6,554 nucleotides of DNA from a virus. Taxonomy: Duplodnaviria > Heunggongvirae > Uroviricota > Caudoviricetes. A program made the position numbers and the translations under genes. This document shows positions 5,949 through 6,554 of this stretch, piece by piece. The notes under the pieces are model-generated. The model was not told where the DNA came from, did not search any database, and saw nothing but the letters and a program-made list of their open reading frames with translations. The DNA is taken from IMG/VR virus record IMGVR_UViG_3300018471_000108. The stretch is one strand, 5' to 3'. The number at the start of each line of letters is the position of its first letter. Position 1 is the stretch's first letter.

Positions 5949-6225
5949 CACCATATCGCAACAACACAACGATACGGCAACCACCTGATTCACCGTTGCG
6001 ATGACCGCTTAGATCCGCAGCTTGAATTTCAGCAGGCTTCGGGGAGTGCGAGGGATGAAACGGACGCGTGAACGTCGGTGTGACCAGCTGAAATCAACTC
6101 AACATTTCATACCTTAGTCGCTTCAACGAGGCGGCTTAGTTATGGCAACCGGCGGCCATCCACCGCCTGAATACGCGCAGAAGTCTCTATATGTTCAGCA
6201 GCCCAGCTTACGGGCAGGAGTTTTT

Positions 6226-6432
6226 ATGGTTCATCAACATTACGGAACGCAGACCGTTAATCGCGGCGCGGTCATGCCAGGAATGCTGGTCAAACACAAA
6301 GATGGTACCTGGACTGCATCAGCTAATTTACGCGGACGGCTATATCTGCATCGCGGCATCGAGCGCACTTATACCCGTGATTTGCTCGTGGAAGTTTTTC
6401 TCGACGGACGCGGTAACGGCCTGAATCACTAA
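6226..6432 (+). CDS. Hypothetical small protein (first gene of the early-left transcript); alternative start at 6142
   Basis: ATG 6226 is preceded by AGGAG with a 5-nt spacer. The in-frame ATG at 6142 (GAGG 10 nt upstream) would give 96 aa. No arginine-rich N-terminus, so it does not look like a lambda N-type antiterminator. Confidence 0.4.
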   Translation: MVHQHYGTQTVNRGAVMPGMLVKHKDGTWTASANLRGRLYLHRGIERTYTRDLLVEVFLDGRGNGLNH

Positions 6433-6507
6433 TCCCCTTTTCTGTTTTCCTAATCAGCCTGGCATTTCGCTGGCGATATTTTCACAGCCATTTTCAGGAG
6501 TTCAGCC

Positions 6508-6533
6508 ATGAACGCTTATTACATTCAGGATCG
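6508..6533 (+). CDS. 5' end of a gene cut by the insert boundary (MNAYYIQDR...)
   Basis: ATG 6508 with AGGAG 7 nt upstream. Only 8-9 codons fall before the adapter begins. Confidence 0.35.
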
Positions 6534-6554
6534 AGATCGGAAGAGCGTCGTGTA
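6534..6554. other. Synthetic Illumina TruSeq-type adapter (read-through AGATCGGAAGAGCGTCGTGTA), not biological sequence
   Basis: 6534..6554 reads AGATCGGAAGAGCGTCGTGTA, the canonical start of the TruSeq universal adapter read-through as I recall it. Confidence 0.9.

Noticed and set aside
5727-6071. 114 aa plus-strand ORF
   Set aside because: It spans the intrinsic terminator and the PL-like promoter/operator region, has no Shine-Dalgarno, and its translation is low-complexity. Most likely non-coding.
5960-6141. Search for nutL boxA/boxB
   Set aside because: Only a loose boxA-like CGCTTAGA (about 6007) and no convincing boxB hairpin were seen. Not enough to call.
6191-6424. 77 aa plus-strand ORF in an alternative frame
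   Set aside because: It overlaps the 6142/6226..6432 frame, which has a strong AGGAG-supported start. The translation is Cys/Trp-rich and atypical. Kept only as an unresolved alternative.

Overview
The window is a ~6.5 kb library insert (32..6533) flanked by Illumina TruSeq-type adapter sequence at both ends (1..31 and 6534..6554). The insert is the immunity and replication core of a lambdoid (Enterobacteriaceae, E. coli-like) prophage. On the minus strand, read right to left: a YdaS-family Cro-like gene, a YdaT-family CII-like gene, a lambda-type O gene with internal ori iterons, a lambda-type P gene, then an AT-rich accessory gene cut by the insert boundary. On the plus strand: a CI-like repressor (HTH plus S24 autopeptidase), followed by a translationally coupled two-gene cassette and a strong intrinsic terminator, then a PL-like promoter and small early-left ORFs. 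The cassette sits exactly where lambda carries rexA-rexB and encodes a short HipA-like kinase-fold protein plus a DUF3037-like protein. It is the best candidate here for an undescribed prophage-encoded defence or exclusion system. All family assignments are from reading the translations and from memory of family signatures; no database search was run.
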